From Eledone cirrhosa (taxonomy: Eukaryota), in NCBI GenBank assembly GCA_964016885.1, contig OZ024742.1:153202001-153266000 (forward strand): a DNA stretch of 64,000 nucleotides, given 5' to 3'. Positions 26,290-42,155 of the stretch are shown here, piece by piece (position 1 is the stretch's first letter; the number at the start of each line of letters is the position of its first letter). Made by a program: the position numbers and the translations under genes. The notes beneath the pieces are model-generated. The model did no database searches. It was not told the DNA's origin and saw nothing but the letters and a program-made list of their open reading frames with translations.

Positions 26290-28200
26290 CTAACGGATGA
26301 TATTAAGCCATCTCGCTCGGGACTCCTGCTGGATAGCATTGGCCGTAAAATCTGTCCAGCGATTAATTGAGGAGGTATTCTAACTGCACGTCTTTAGTAT
26401 CGGTCCTAAGGTCTCTCAATTCGAAGAAGTAGTGGCTCTACCTGAAATTAATTTTTGATCTCCGAGCTTTGCCCTCATTTTGTAACGTTACTCTAAACAC
26501 TCTTAGGACGAAGCATACTGGGTCGCTTGCATTAAATGCACGTTCGTATTTTTCGTTCATTACCCAAAATAGATGACAATAGGTAACAGTTTGCACGTAT
26601 ACCAAATTGAAGGTAGCGTGGGTGGCTTTTGATCCCTTCTTTTGATGTTCGAAATCTGAAGCTGGCGCATTACTGCACATGTTACTACAACTCTTGCACT
26701 TAATTCAGTCTCCTGCTCTCCCATCACGCATGAACACGGTCTCAAAATACTTGAATTTCTCCACCAGCCGAAGTGGAACTCCACTGACATGTCGTTTGCA
26801 CTGCAAATGCTTCCTTGAGAGGAGGAATATCTCGGTCTTCGCAGCACAGATTTCCAATCCTAATATGCATCGCTCGCAGCAAACTATTCAAGCGCCTACT
26901 GGAGACTACCTTCTTTCAAGTTAAGAATTACATTTCCATTCACAAATTCCATCAGCTTGATCATACACCTACCACTCATCATATTACTGGCAACTCGGCT
27001 GTGCCTGTCAATCCTGTTATGACTATCTTAGTTGAGAGTATGCACCATGGTGCGGTCCGACACCCACATTGACTCATATCAAAATAGTACCATTCATTCG
27101 AACACAAATACTAGGGCATCCGAGGAGACATTAAGTAAAAAAACTGTTCTCCGATCCCATACTAGTGCAGTACCTTCCAGAACAGGTCCTGTAGAATGGA
27201 GCCGTATACCTTTCCATTGTCTACAAAATAAGCATACATCTCTTTCCAATACTCCCACGATTTCTCAAAGAGCTGCCACACAGTAAATATTTAGTCGGCT
27301 GTGCTGCTTCTGGGGTGGAAATTGCACTGATCTTCAGCTACCATTGACTCGACAATACCTTTACATCTCTTCACTAGCCACTTAGCATAGCATTTACCGG
27401 GGAGCCATCACAAGGAGATCCCCCAATAATTGGAGCAATACCAATGTGTCAGAACACGGAAGTGCCGAACTCCCACTCTCATCGACTCCATCTGTCTCGC
27501 CCTCCTCATCTCTCTGTATTATGAGCAAATGGGCTCCCGCGTGCTGGCCGCCCTACGGTCCTGGCGGACAGAGTGGAGAAGCCATTACCCCGGAGGATGA
27601 TAAGAGAGATGCGCAGGAAAAGCCAATCCATCTCGCGAGGCTCACACCTGCTGTTAGCCAGCTAGGCGCCTAGGGGGGTAAGTAGGAAGCAAACTATCTT
27701 CTCTCCCTTTTTCAAAATTGGGAATATCACTCTCGTTTCCCATTGCTTAGGTGACTTTCTAGAGACCCAGGACACTCAGCACACGTGATTCAGAGAGAGA
27801 ACACGTTCGCTATATTGGGCCGAACTTCATTTTTCCTAGGTCTTGCCACATTTGATTTCTTAATTGCTCTTGTAACCTCAGGCTCCGAGAGCTTAGTTAT
27901 CGTTCACTGATGCATCTCATGTACAACATGAGATGCTCTTTTAACCTAATTTAATAGTCAGTTAAGTATTCTCTCCACTTCCCGAAGCGAGGAGATTCTC
28001 AATCACGTTCCTAATAGTAGGCCTGGAGGAGGACTTCTTATCATATAGTTTGCGCATGATTTTCCAGAATAATTTATTTGCTGATCTGAAGTCGGCTTCC
28101 AGCCCCAGTCTTCCCAAGTCCTAATTTTATAACACCTTTACTGTATCTACTGAGAAATTTTGTGCCTACTTTCCAAGCCAAGATTTCTAAGCTTTATTTT
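26290..28200 (-). mobile_element. Degenerate RTE-clade LINE RT, interrupted at ~27440-27690
   Basis: FRSANKLFWK; VIFPILKKG; CSNYWGISL..PGKCYAK; FEKSWEY..FVD; VEKFKY; TVTYCHLFWVM; EPLLLRIE. Confidence 0.8.
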
Positions 28201-29364
28201 TGCTCAAGTGATGGGGCTGTCACCGAACTGTCATTTTTTTTATCTGTATATACAGTGTGTACCCCAAAAATGTATTACTTGTGCAGACATGTTTATACAT
28301 TTTTGGCTACATCCTATATATAATATTACAGACAGAAGGATAGACATAGAAAGAGAAGGTATCATTATATACACATATAATATTTCATATATCTAAATGT
28401 AATGAATTTACTAACAGTTTATGATATCCAATATTCGAGTAAGAGCAGCTGTATCATGTCACTGAAAACAAAACATTCAATGTATACAACTTTAATGTCT
28501 AGACACAATATTAGTAGCTGTACTTGAAATTATTCTCCTTTACATAAGTATACTTCTAAAGAGAAGAAAAAAGACTATGCTAGCGTTTATTTAATCAGAA
28601 GTTATTTCTATATTGTTTTAATTTGATTTACAAAATTTGATTTCAATCATTTATCGTTCCATCTTAGCTATCAAGCGTACATCATTCTCCTTCTTAATCT
28701 TTTTCAATACACACCTTTTTCTTCATTTGTTTTCTGTTTCAGGTGTTTTGTCATTTAAGAAAATCATAGTGCACATACCTCCCTCTCAAAATATAAACCT
28801 TTTATTTTTTGTTTCCGTGTACTTTCGGATATACCCACACATTTCTGCTTTCAATTATCTTTCATATTTGTCTGTGGATATACTGTATTTCATATGTACA
28901 CATTCATATAACATTTTCACGATTTTATTCTCCACATATTTTTTGTGTTTCATTTTCATATTCACTCCTATCTTATTTTTTTCTTTCCCTTTCAATAGTT
29001 CCGCACATATTTTTACTGTTCTAACAATAAATTATTTCAGGCTTGTTTATAGAACGACTATCATTCTTCCATAAACGACCTTCCGATATAATCAATAAAT
29101 TTAGGTTTGTCGATATATCATATAAATATAACTATAGACTCTTTCACATATATATCTTAATTCACGACTAATAGTAGCATTGCTGACTATTGAGGTGAGT
29201 TGTATCTTCATATAGTTTTGAATAATTTTAAGAATATATAGTGTTCTTCAACATTTTGATATCAATTCTTATCATTAAGTAGTTATGCTGTCAATTGTAC
29301 AAGAAAATGCATGATGTCACGCGAACAATATTCAATATTATTTTAACGCACAAAACAGAAAAAC

Positions 29365-29428
<64 letters not shown>

Positions 29429-29596
29429 GGTTCGTTGGTTCACCACTGAAATGGTCATTCCGTATGATTAATCTCGATGTAATTTTAGGGAGAGCACTCA
29501 ACGTAATGCAACTCACCCGTCTTCGTTTGTGTATTTGGTGGTGCGAGTATAAAATAACAGGTGGCTGGACTGGTGTAAATCCTTGAAAGGTTTATT

Positions 29597-29654
29597 ATAC
29601 TATGATTACTGCAATGACCGGGTTCAGTGTGAATCCCGTTATATCATCAGGTAT
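29597..29654 (-). ncRNA. Degenerate hammerhead (GAAA->GCAG)
   Basis: Revcomp ATAC-CTGATGA-long stem II-GCAG-TAATCA-TA-GTAT. Confidence 0.55.
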
Positions 29655-30883
29655 TCAAAATATAACAAAGGAATATAACAGATAAAATCCATGGGCTGAA
29701 AATCAGTTTATCTTTATTCACTCCCCCTACCCACCCAAGAACCGCACTACTTATAACCCGGACTAACTGGGGACTAAATATAGTCTATTTTGCGCATTTC
29801 ATCGGGTTTTACCACTTTCAACCTCACATCACGGGTGTGAATATATAATAACCGTTTGGTAACACGCGATGATCCGACGGATGTGGCGTTTTTCCCGACT
29901 GCACGCCAGGCACTCGGGTGGATAAGCCTTCCTTGAGTGCTTGGAAAAATAAATTTCCCCTTCTTTCGGTAAACGAAATTACTTGGAACGGCTGCTTCGC
30001 CCCGGGGCCCAATCGGACTTGGAACCCGCCGCGCCGCCGGCTTTGACCGCCAAATAGTACCTTTAAATTATAGGCTTAATCATAACAATTAGCTGTATCA
30101 TGCCTCCCTCTACTGGCACGTAACTAAATCCCCCTCTGAGTGTATTAATAGTATTCGTTTGGTATAGACGATGGCCTGACGGCGATGGCGGATACTCGCC
30201 AACACACCCAACGCCTAAGATAGTTATATTCCTGGAGTGCTCGGAACAATTAATTTCCATTTCTTTCGCTAGACGATATTACTCGAAACGACTGACACGT
30301 GGTTAGGAAGGGCTGGCTGGGATCTACACTAGTCGCTGGTTATTGACTGCTAACAAAGGGCTTAATTTTACTATATATCCTACCCTGAAAACTTATCGAG
30401 ACTGACTATAATACACTTAAAAGTTTTCATAAAAGACTCTTTCTGTAAGTTCTTTAACTAAATCTCACAACCCAAACCTTAAACCTTATTTTTCTAATTT
30501 CATCCTATAACTCTAAACTTAAGTTTAACTTTTCTAATTGCTAACCGAAATTGCTGTCCACACATTATACCATACAAACGCCCACTACATATGCCTTTGT
30601 TAAAGATATATGTTCTTTGGAAAAAATATTTTTCGCGGCAATTTCTAGCATGCATAGTCAGCCTGGTTGTGGCGTGACCTCAACGCTGATATTTCTCTTT
30701 GACAACGAGGTAGTAGCACATTATAAGCTTACGCCCCCTCACCAGATAGTCATAAGTAGACTTAATAATCAACACTCGAGGACGGCCGACCGAGGTAGAA
30801 GCTGCTAAATAGTCGGTCGTCCTCTTGTCTCTGATTTTCAGCCCCATGGATTTTATCTGTTATATTCCTTTCTTATATTTTGA

Positions 30884-30941
30884 ATAACTGATGATATCAC
30901 CGGATTCATACTGAACCCGGTCATTGAAGTGATCATAGTAT
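30884..30941 (+). ncRNA. Degenerate hammerhead (GAAA->GAAG)
   Basis: CTGATGA-TATCACCGGATTCA TAC TGAACCCGGTCATT-GAAG-TGATCA-TA-GTAT. Confidence 0.6.
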
Positions 30942-31559
30942 AATAAACCTTTCAAGGATTTACACCAGTCCAGCCTCCTGTTATTTTATAATATATATAT
31001 ATATATATAAACAGTTTCGTACATTTTTGTTGTAGCTGGACATGTAGATATTTGCCCAAGGAAGATGAACCGCAGATGGAACTAGGAACTAGTTTGGTAC
31101 ATAGTTTCTTAAAACAGTGTTGGTCCCAGAGACTATTTAAGACGATAGGTGTCATATAATAGATTCCATTGCCACTAAAGTAAACGGAATTATGCACAAG
31201 TCTTACCTACTGACGTACATATATGTACTGAAAACTAAAAAAAAAAATCGTTCTAGAAGTGAAATGGGAATATGCTTATTACACAATTCTCGTGATTTCT
31301 CAGTCTTTCCTTTATAGATTCTCGCAGTAATATAATAATTCTCGCAGTAATATAATAATTCTCAGAGATATATAATTTTACGTGGTCATAATAACAATAT
31401 AGCAACGTACACACACAGACTGGTACGCACATATCAATATAAGTAGGTGAAATTCGAGCAGTTACTCACAGTGGAAATATAATTAAGGGAAGATAAAAGA
31501 AAAAAAGATATTTATAGAAGAGTAATGCATTTCTTATAATTGAAATCGAAGATAAATTG

Positions 31560-33480
<1,921 letters not shown>

Positions 33481-34839
33481 ACTACGAAACGATACAGGTC
33501 ATTGTTTTTCGTTTTTGTTGACAGGGAAACAAGAAGAAACATTTGCATACGAATAATAGTAAGATACGTAGAATCATACGCATATCTGCCAAAGATGAGG
33601 ATAGTTTTTTTTTCTTCTGATTTTAATTACTTGACATTCTTTCGTTTCATCTTATTCTCAATTCTGTCATACTTGTCTACGTTTAGGTTTATTTAAAGAT
33701 ATTTCACTAATGCTTAACTCAAAAGGTTAATGTTTTCTCCAATATGTTTTGACAAAATTATAGAGCTCTGCTTAATATATATTGTTATCATTTGGTTTAT
33801 TCTTATTAGCAGGCCATTAATATCATAGCAGTTTCGTAAGTATTATTAAATGTAATGTTAAGTAAATATACGAAATATACGAAAACAATTAACTGTTTTA
33901 GTCTAGTTAGCATCGGTAACAAGTTAACAACATTGCCGTGGATTTCTTCTGCTTCAGAACACATTTTAAAACTGACATTGTAACACTAGAACAAACTACA
34001 TTGTTGTATGAAGTTACTGTTCATAACAATAATGATTGGTAATCTAAATTTCTTATTTACATAGATATATACAAACAAAGATACAATCACTGATACGTTT
34101 CGATACATAAATGGCAAATAATTAGGAAGTGTAGAATAATAACAAAAGCTACATTTTAAAATAATGAATATTATTATCAGGAAGATTACAATTATAATTA
34201 GTGCGTATTTTCAAGTATTGGTTCAAAATTCGACTCATAATTATCAATACATTAACGTGATCGATTCAGTCGACACTTCTGCTTCAAATTAAAACGTGTA
34301 GACTTCTGCCAATGTTAGAATTTCATATTGCCTCATTTCGAATAGGGAAAACACTTATAAGCAGACTTTGCATTTTAAGAGGAAGATGTCAATAGCAGTA
34401 TAAAATCATTGTATCGTAATTGATTTGCTTTTATATATGTATATATAAATATGTGTATATATATATATGTGTATGTATATGTATGTCTGTGTATATGTAC
34501 GTCTGTATGCATGTATATGTACGTATGTTTATGTGTGTGAGTATAACTATATGCGTGGGTAGTTGCTTATATATACATGTGTATATTTATATATATATAT
34601 ATATACGTATTTATTATTTTTCCCCATTTCATCACGTCCGTTATTTTAATTAATATGAGAGACGCTTTCAATTGTTTTCGCCTTTGTTTTGAAATCCATA
34701 TCTCGCATCCACTTAATTAAAATGTCGTTTTGATGAACGATTTCTGACGTCTGTATCGAGCTCATCTGTCTCCGTGAAACCTCTCGTAAATGGAATAATT
34801 ATCTTTTGTTGTGTATTACATAACTATATATATAATATA

Positions 34840-34896
<57 letters not shown>

Positions 34897-35069
34897 GGGC
34901 GTGTGTGTAGGTGTATGTGTGTACACACACATACACACATAGAGTACATATACCATCAAATGGGCTAGCAGCCGGAGTGTATAAAATTATATCTGTATAA
35001 CAGTGTGTAACTGAGACTGCACCAAATCTCTCTCCTCTTTGTGTATATATGTATTTATACATATATATA

Positions 35070-36690
35070 CAGAGACCTTTCAAGGAGAGTTTGCACTCAG
35101 CCCACTTCTGGGTGAGTGCAAACACCTTCACCGTGACCTCGTTCCAGTTCTTGTCCACCTGGAGGTCTGGACCGAATCAGACCCGGAGCAAAACTGTCGG
35201 AAGGCATGGGTTTGGCTCTCCATGTGCCGAGTTTCAAACCGACAGACTTGTTTGGGTTTAGTCTTGCTTCTGTCAACGTTTCGTATTCATGTAATAGGTT
35301 TCCGATTACCCTGATTTCCGAGGGTTTCGACACCATTAGGGTTATTTCGTCGACATAGGCCGACGCTGCTTTCCGCAGTCCTGGTTCGATCAGGATGCCC
35401 TGCAACAGCTCCAACTTCCGTAGTAACAGTTCGAGAGTCAGTACATACATAATGGAGGAGAGAGGGCATCCATGACGGATGGAACGCATGATTTTGAATG
35501 GCTCTGATAGGTAGCCATTCACCTTGATTGCCGAGCAAATGCTGGTGTACATGGCAGTGATCCAGCCGCTGAAGACGGGATCGAAGCCGGCAGCCTTGAG
35601 AACTGCTTCCAGGTATTGATGGTCGACCCTCTCAAATACCTTAGACTGATCTAAATTGATCAGAACCCCACCGAAGCCAGGGTTACACCCAACCCTCTCT
35701 ATGATGTATCGCATGAGGTGGAGGTTGTAGTGTTTGGAGCTGGTCGGGATTGCACACCTTTGGACTTCCCCTACCAGGTTCTAGACGACAAGCACCAGCC
35801 TTCCGGCTAACACCTGTGCCAAAATCTTTAACTCTATGTTGAGCAGAGTTATGGGCCTGCAATTGCGTATCTCATCCCCTTTGTTCTCATGTTTCCTGAT
35901 CAGCGTTACTACCTCTCTGCCTACAGAACTGAGAATCCTCCAGTTCTGCTGCCAGTTGCAGTAACCGCTTCGAGGACGCCAGAGAACAAGTCTGGCATAC
36001 CTATGTAAAACTCATAGGGTAGACCATCTGAACCGGGTCATTTGCGTTTCCCGCAGCGGCCTAGGGCATCTTCTATTTCGCCCGCTGTGATCGGCCTTTC
36101 GCAGCTCTCCGCATCCGTACTCGAGAGTCGCGGTAAGCCGTCGATGTAAGAGCTGAAGTCCATCACCTCGCTCGATGTACCGCTTTGCCCGAACAGTTGT
36201 GCAAAATGCTGCTGGAATGCCTTGCACATCTTGGATTCAATTATAATGCGTCCATCTTTGTCTTGCAAGGACGGAATTGGGGATTTGTTGCCATTTTCGC
36301 CTCTGCCAATCGGGCCCAGCTAACAGCTTTAGCTCCCTCATTTCTTAGAGCACGTGTTCTACTTCTGACAATAAAACCTCCGTGTTTCACGTTGAAGGAC
36401 TGGTCTATTGCCGTTCTCGCCGCTAGCACATCAGCTGTATTGCCATTCCTAAGTGCCTCTTCTATTTTAGCTACCAGTTCCTTTTCAGTTTTTTTTTCTA
36501 GAGCTACTTCCTTGCTAAATGCTATCGATTCTTTTCTAATTGCTCTCTTGAGAGAGCTCCAACACATGTTGTTGGCGATCACCCCCGTCAACTGGCACTT
36601 AACTAAGGTGCTAATCCTTTTACTGTAGGCCCTACTCGCCGGGAGCGACATGTTTAGCTTCCAGTATCCGGGTCCCTGTCTATGTGTTCT
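35070..36690 (-). pseudogene. L1/Tx1-like LINE ORF2 relic (end of APE domain and RT)
   Basis: GPGYWKLN; RPITLLNIxLKILA; LINLDQSKVFERVDHQYL; SIRHGCPLS; SAYVDE; NPNKSVGL. Confidence 0.85.
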
Positions 36691-37921
36691 ATAAAGGTTG
36701 CCTACGCAATAGATAGATAGAGATATAGATATATATTCATAACTGATAGCGGGACTAAAATATGTTTATTATAAATATGTATTCCCTATATGCTTCAATA
36801 TACAAACCATGTTACGTTTAGTGCTAGCTCAGATCGCTAATTCAGCGTAATTAGAATTTGCCAGCTTTTGTTCTATATGCAAATAAGCAACATTAGGCGA
36901 TATTTATATTGAAAAAAGTATGAGCTTAACGAAGGAGTAATCCTTTATGATGACAGAAATGATGGCGTCAGGGTGGTCTCCCGTGTTGCTAAGAATTGCA
37001 TATATATATATATATACAGATATTTCATATTAACACACAGTTGTGAAAGTTTTAATATACCTAGCTTTTATTTCTAAAACGTGGAGAAATAGTATGTCTG
37101 CTGCAGAAAATATTACATTCTGTCTGGTTGCGCTTTGTTCGTATTGTATAGTCTGGCAAACAGTTTTCCATTTAATTGATACTATGAAAAGAGCTTGCGT
37201 GAGGGAATAACAGCAGAAAATGATGACGTTTATGGTCATAAATGTATGTTAATCTAACACATCTCTGTTGGCAGAGAGCAATAAACGTTGACAGCCTGCT
37301 GTTATTGCCCTTAAAGAGAATCTGAAGAAAATAATAAAACAAAATCAAAATACTTGCATTTCCTTTTATATTGGCCTCTGTGACTTTACGTAACCAGCGA
37401 CTCATCTTACTAGTAATTAAATCGCCACAAAGAAACTTTTCAGTTAGATTGTTCTAATTTTAAGTAATAAAATTTTAGAATTGGTAAAGGTTATTCTCCT
37501 ATAAAAAATTTAGTTGATCCATCAAATCTCTTTAGGTAGAGTTGTTTATATGTTTAGAACAACTGTAATTTACTGATTATCATGTTTAATGACTGATTTG
37601 ACTGTTTGTGTCTATGTGTGTCTGTGATAGATTTCTTTGCTTGTGTTCGTTTCTGTTTTTAAACAATTTAATCGAATTAAGCTAGAATTTGAAAATATAA
37701 CCATTAGGTAAACTAAAATCTAGCTCAGTCTTTAATGGCTGCATTGCGATATAATTTAATAATTTATCTGAACATAAAAAATGCTACGACAAAAATATAG
37801 GTTTGTCTGAACGTGAATACTAATCTTACAATAATATATCTACGCAATTATTATATTGTAATTATTATTATACCACACTGAATACATACATACAAACACA
37901 CAAACACACAAATATATACAT

Positions 37922-38068
<147 letters not shown>

Positions 38069-38092
38069 ACTTATATATATGTGTGTGTGTGT

Positions 38093-39705
38093 GTGTATAA
38101 AGTACATATATACACACACCATACATACGTAGGAACCCGCATACTCACACAGACGCAAAACTCACGTAATTGTCGGTGATTAATTTCGACGACTCTATTT
38201 GGATTACAAAATCTAATAGTACCCTATTCGACGTGAGTATGGGCGCCAGCGATTCTGAGGAGGTTACTGATTTAATCGGCCTTTTCCTTCTTTTCTCTAT
38301 CAAGGAAGAATTCCCCAACGTTGGCGGTGGTTTGTAACCTGATGATGGTCTTTTGACCATGACTAAGTGCGAACCACGTGCTTGCGACAGGTTCAGAAAA
38401 GAAATCACACCTTCATTAAAGGCTTCAACCTCTCCATAAAGGTTGAGGTCAACCTCTCGGTCGTTAATTACCTCGACGTTACCCTCAATTTATCGAATGG
38501 CTTGCACTACCCGTATAGAAAGACGAATGATTCGCTTAATTACATAAGTAAGCATTCTAACCATCCTGCCAGCATAACCAAGAACCTGGTAAGAAACGTT
38601 TCTTTGAGGATGTCCCGTCTATCTACTAACGAGCATATTTTCAACGACCATTCCACATATTACAATGAAGCTCTTGCTCGGAGTGGATTTGTCGATCAGG
38701 TAGCATATACAGAGTACGAGAATAGACCTAGAAGAAATAGATCCCGACGCATTATATGTTATAACCCACCATATAATATGGAGGTGGCCACACCATTAGC
38801 TAAGATCTTTCTCTCCCTTATTATGAAGCATTTTCCCCCTACACATAAATATAGTAACATTTTTAATAGAAATACTATTACAATTTCTTACTCTACGACT
38901 CCTAACCTTGCACATAACATCATAGATTCAACTTTAGCTAAACTACCTAGCCGTAGGAACACGTGTAACCCTGTAGTTAGTACTAACTGTAATTGTAGGA
39001 ATCGGATTGACTGCACCCTATCCGGGAAATGCCTCTCTAGTAACATTGTCTACAAATGTAAGATTGAAACACCCACGTCCCGTAGGGCCTATATAGGATT
39101 AACCGCCGATAGATTCAAGCAGCGTCTTTACATGCATACCCATTCTTTTCGTAACCCTTTAAGAAGGAATATGACGTCACTTTCAGCTTATATCTGGAGT
39201 CTAAAAGACAACCACAACCAATATAACTTACACTGGGAGATCCTAGCTAGGGCTAGATCGTATAACGGAAATAAAAGACCATGTGACCTCTGCGCCGCTG
39301 AGGCCCTGGAAATATTCTACGCCAAAGACCGCATATTAAACAAAATATCTGAGGCAATTTCGGCTTGTAAACATAAATTGCACAAACCTTTCCTGTATTA
39401 CAGCCCCACATTATACCCTAACGGATAGTACGAACCATACACTGATATTTTACGTCTTGATGTGTTAGCTAAGTATATGTTATATCTATACCATTACTTA
39501 TTTGTATAGGTAAGAATATATTACCTCTATATTTTGTGAAGGTACGTATACATTCTCGTACGTATATTTGATTGTATATGTTATGGCGTATATATTATAT
39601 ATTCTGGTACATATGCTTTTGGCTATGTTTATACGTGAGTTTTGCGTCTGTGTGAGTATGTGGGTTCGTACGTATGTAGGGTGTGTGCATATATGCACTT
39701 TGTGT
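38093..39705 (+). mobile_element. 5'-truncated Naiad PLE with inverted 3'-UTR copy at the 5' junction
   Basis: 38093-38168 = revcomp of ~39632-39705; body starts at ~38169. Confidence 0.85.
38169..39428 (+). pseudogene. Naiad RT C-half + GIY-YIG (353-aa open stretch 38367-39428)
   Basis: FDVSMGASDSEEVTDLIG; GL*PDDGL (broken YRDD); VNYLDVTLNL; CNCRNRIDCTLSGKC; IVY...YIG; CDLC; CKH. Confidence 0.9.
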
Positions 39706-39843
39706 TTTGGTTGACGTTGGTCACCTAACATATGTGTATTTTCATGTAGGTATGTGTGTGCGCTTGTTATATACGTATTTATTTATTTATATACCTTTTT
39801 TTTAATTATATGTATACACGCACAGACACACACAAACATATAT

Positions 39844-39920
<77 letters not shown>

Positions 39921-40185
39921 TTATCTGTATTTGGTGTATACATTCCTATGCATGCGGGTACATGCGTTGCGTGGGTTCTGTATGTGCATGCGGTTTTTTT
40001 TGTTTTTTCTTTTTGTGTACGTGCGTGGATTTGTATACCTATGGCGAGTGTGTTCGCTTATGCTGTGTATGTACGTTTACGGATGCGTGTATTTATTTAT
40101 TTAATGTCTATTACCTCTGTATATTATTTACTTCATTCTTAACTCTAAAGTCGAGAAGCATACAGTTTCCTAGTTAGAATTTTAG

Positions 40186-40452
40186 TCTACGACTTCAGTT
40201 ATACCATTTACGTGGTTTTATCTTTGCGTGCAATTGTTCTCCGCGCCCTACATATGACGTATTATCTTCGTTTTTTCCTTTCATTGCCAGAGAACGTCTC
40301 TATGAACCACCTAATAGAATATTAGCCTACGACTTCTTTTATACCATAAACGTGGTTTTGTTTTTGCGTGCAATTGTTTTTCGCCGCTCCAAATAATGAC
40401 GTATTATATTCGTTTTTTCCCGTTCTTTGCCAGGGAACGTTTCCACGAACCA
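40186..40452 (+). repeat. Tandem duplication of ~135 bp
   Basis: Two copies of ctacgacttc..ataccat..acgtggtttt..tttgcgtgcaattgtt..atgacgtattat..ttgccag.gaacgt. Confidence 0.8.
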
Positions 40453-40591
40453 AAGTATCGTCTTTCTGTCTTCCTCCGGTTGCAACGTTTTTTGAAATAT
40501 TCACTTCTGTGTTCACATAATTACTTTGTTAGTTTCAGAAGATCCGTTAAAGGTGAAAGCGACGATTCTTTGCTTAAACTTTAATCTGGTA

Positions 40592-40662
<71 letters not shown>

Positions 40663-40796
40663 ATGTATATATATAAAAGTGTGTACGTGTGTGCTTGCAT
40701 GTGTACGTGTGTATATGTCTATATGCGTGTATATATTCACAAACACGCACACACGCACACACACATACACACACACACACACATATATATATATAA

Positions 40797-40827
<31 letters not shown>

Positions 40828-41049
40828 TGATTATGTCATTTATTTTGTCTGACCTGTTTAGCTTGACTTATTTTTTGGCTTAGGTGATTAATGGCTTATT
40901 GACCGCCTTCTCAGTTTGTATGGCCTTTATAACCAATGTTTATTGCTCTCGTCTTATTTAGCCCATGAAGCGTTTGCCAGCAACACTCGGAATTTGCGTT
41001 ACGTTTCGCTTTATCTACTCGCCGACATGCGATTCTCGCTGAATTTATA

Positions 41050-41098
<49 letters not shown>

Positions 41099-41446
41099 CT
41101 TACTTACCAACTTGCATAAATTCCCACAAAACCGAAGTTGTTTTTATTTGCCACATATTTGTCAACTACGGGGAATGCCTTCGAAATGTGACCTTAATAT
41201 CGACTTTGGTTGATAGTCAGAAAAGAAATATAATGCATAATCAACAATGATAAACAAAGTTTAAGGAATTCCTTTAAATAAAGTTTAAAAAGCAAATATG
41301 AAAGCAGTATCTTTTTTAAAATGCAGCTGACCTGATTTTGTTTGGGACCGCACTGCGTTCTCAGATTGACTTTTTTAGTTTCAGAAGATCCCGTTAAGGG
41401 TGAACGCACTGATTCTTTGTTTATACACACACACACACACACACAT

Positions 41447-41485
<39 letters not shown>

Positions 41486-41838
41486 GGCTCTGTTATAGAC
41501 GTAAGCTACTCACCTGTCGCTAATGTGCTAAAGTTTACTTCTTTCCGGTGAAACATGATGTGGAAAGATAGAACGTAATACATTTATGAAGTCGAAATAT
41601 AGAAGAAATCGGGAAGAGAGTATTGAGGATTATGACTGATGCATATTGGTTGAGCCTCAAATAATATAACGTAATCAACCTGCCTGAAGCTATTTTTTGA
41701 AACCACAGATTGAAAATATGGTCTGTTCTGGTGTTTAGCTGTACACTCGATGATTATTTAGTAATATAAATTCAAAAGAAGGACGATATCTGCGGAACAT
41801 TGAAGCGGAGTTACTAGATAATAAGTATGGGAATAAGT

Positions 41839-42155
41839 ATGACATTCACCTTGTCGATATGTACATTCTAAGCAGAATTACAGTTACCTTGGTGGAAAAG
41901 CGGAGATTAGGTGTTGGATTATACATACATTCATAGTGATCGAATATTATTTACATCCCTGTTTACATCCATGTCTTGTTAATACGTCTTCACTTAATCG
42001 AGTCGGAGATCTTTATGAAACAAATTTCTCAACAGGGATGTAAATAATATCCGATATCAATGAATGTATGTATAATCCAACACCTAATCTCCGCTTTTCC
42101 ACCAAGGTAAGTGTAATTCTGCTTAGAATGTACATATCGACAACGTGAATGTCAT
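41839..42155. repeat. Inverted repeat, 125-bp arms, 67-bp spacer
   Basis: 41839-41963 = revcomp of 42031-42155 with few mismatches. Confidence 0.88.

Larger units (their letters stand above)
29425..30990. mobile_element. PLE-type insertion bounded by inverted ~160-bp HHR-bearing repeats; no recognisable ORF
   Basis: Arms 29548-29706/30831-30990; (TA)n on both flanks. Confidence 0.75.

Noticed and set aside
34726-34793. TTGATGA-ACG..CGT-GAAA-CCTCTCG-TA candidate HHR
   Set aside because: Weak stems; cannot be distinguished from chance
40530-40575. CAGAAGA-TCC..GGT-GAAA motif, related copy at ~41377-41420
   Set aside because: Real short repeat, but no stem I or III
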